A stretch of DNA of 63,983 nt, the filler included, from Trypethelium eluteriae (Eukaryota), in the NCBI GenBank assembly GCA_051942245.1. It is 5 parts of 5 records of this genome, joined end to end, with 100 filler letters (N's around TTAATTAATTAA, not from the genome) between each part and the next. Parts side by side here need not be neighbours in the genome. Positions count along the whole stretch, not along the records: positions 51,405 to 63,983 come from JAVECL010000766.1; 4 more parts are not named here. One strand, 5' to 3'. Made by a program: the position numbers and the translations under genes. Of the stretch, positions 62,602 through 63,983 are shown in pieces. The stretch's first letter is position 1, and the number at the start of each line of letters is the position of its first letter. The notes under the pieces were generated by a model. That model was not told the origin of the DNA, did not search any database, and was given only the letters and a program-made list of their open reading frames with translations.

Positions 62602-63983
62602 GTGGCTTTATCCGGTTATCGCGTCCCTTACCTAATATCGGTGGAACCCTCAATCTTATCTTTCGATGATTCCAATCGACCTTTTTCATGCTTTACGCCG
62701 GACGGACGTGTCTTTTTACGACTCAATTTTTCTTGAGCGATTTGTATATGCTTCTCATACCTTTCAAAAGCTACGATTCGAAACGAGGGCGTTTTAAACC
62801 TTTCTCTGTCCTGGCTTACCAATAGACGAGATGTTGTCGACAGTTGGTTTCCTTTGGATCTTCAATTACGGTCTGGATACCCTAGACTTGCCGTGGTCTA
62901 TCCTGGTGTCACGTGGAGCTCATGTGAAATTTGTCTATTTTTGTTGCTGTTTGTAGCCTCGGGATGATTGCGCTGCTCTAAAGAACTTTTTGATCTATTC
63001 TTTTTTTTCACGAAGCATTGGGACATGTCTAGAAGATTCAAATTTTGTAGCAATATTACTATACGAGCCGGTGTGTGGTTTGCATGGTGGAAAACAGTAA
63101 CCTTGCATTCGCCGGAGTATTTTGTCAAAAATCTGCTTGGATAGCATTTTGACCAATGGTCCTATTTTACCTTCGTTTTCAATAAGATACCAGAGCCTAG
63201 AATGCTCACAAAACTTTGTACACTTAGTTTTTCATCCAATGAAAAATTTAGCTCTCATGAAGCAAATTGGAATTCTGCGAGACTAATTCTCATGATTTTT
63301 ATCGCTGAGCAATATGTCAACGCATACGACTACCGCTGTAGTTAGGGCAGATTGCCGACGAAATGGTTTGTAACTCATCCAAGTGAAGAGGTTGTTTGGA
63401 AGCACTATTCGGGAGCTTGGCATGCAGCAACTAAAAAATGTTCCAAAGTCTCACGTCGAAAGCCTAGCGCGTTAACAGGCCCGGCAGGCACATTAGTCTA
63501 CGGTGCTCATGCATGCAGCTCATTGGCAGCTAGTCCTCGAGTGTACTGGTTTTCCTGCGGCACGCCCTGTGCAGCAATGTCATGGCTGCCATGCTTCGCG
63601 TCCCTCAATCTCTGCAATCGCAGTCCCATAGTGCCGTACTGTCCGTGGTGGTAGAGCAAGGCAGCCAACCACCAGGGGGGAAAAGCTTCCGTCCGGCACG
63701 TCCGTTACCAAACGATCGACCTTGCTGCTCGTGTTGATGGAAGCATCCCAGCTCGGGAGAAAATAGACCTGGGACTGGACCCAGTTCACGGCCTAGGTGG
63801 CCCAGGTAGACTGGCAGTGCCCCCCCTTCTCCGTTCCCCACCCAGTCTTCAATCCCCAATCTCCAAGCTCCAATCTCCACCAACGCTATCATACGCGCGC
63901 ATGCTGCATTGCGGCTTGAAGAAAATGCCTGCAGTTCTAATGTATGCAGCCGCGATCATTTGTCTCTGGAACGGCGGCAAGCC

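Overview
Fungal DNA from a filamentous ascomycete (Pezizomycotina): short GT-AG introns with CTRAY branch points and typical housekeeping genes. The window is not one locus. It is five unlinked contigs (>=12,790, 12,768, 12,742, 12,704 and >=12,579 bp) joined by identical 100-bp spacers (44 N + TTAATTAATTAA + 44 N), apparently sorted by length. About 27 genes or gene fragments are visible. Core genes include GLT1, YME2, a RAD55-like gene, CNS1, GPN3, SAM synthetase, CFIm25/NUDT21, SNF8, RPL7 (with an intronic snR39/snR59-type C/D snoRNA), TAD2, a Num1/Mcp5-PH protein and a Ran1/Pat1-family kinase. Accessory genes include an ankyrin-like/ClpB-type AAA+ gene with a single internal TAG, several secreted proteins, a HET-domain gene, a probably acidophilic GH11 xylanase and an amidohydrolase. 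The best leads are (1) a structured RPL7 first intron with a second branch point and acceptor that would create a premature stop, a candidate autoregulatory switch, (2) a secreted, putatively Kex2-processed protein with the cysteine pattern of FOLD/SIX6-type effectors, and (3) the stop-interrupted AAA+ gene. No transposon, tRNA, rRNA or CRISPR was recognised. Exon boundaries were read by eye and family calls come from recalled motifs, not database searches.
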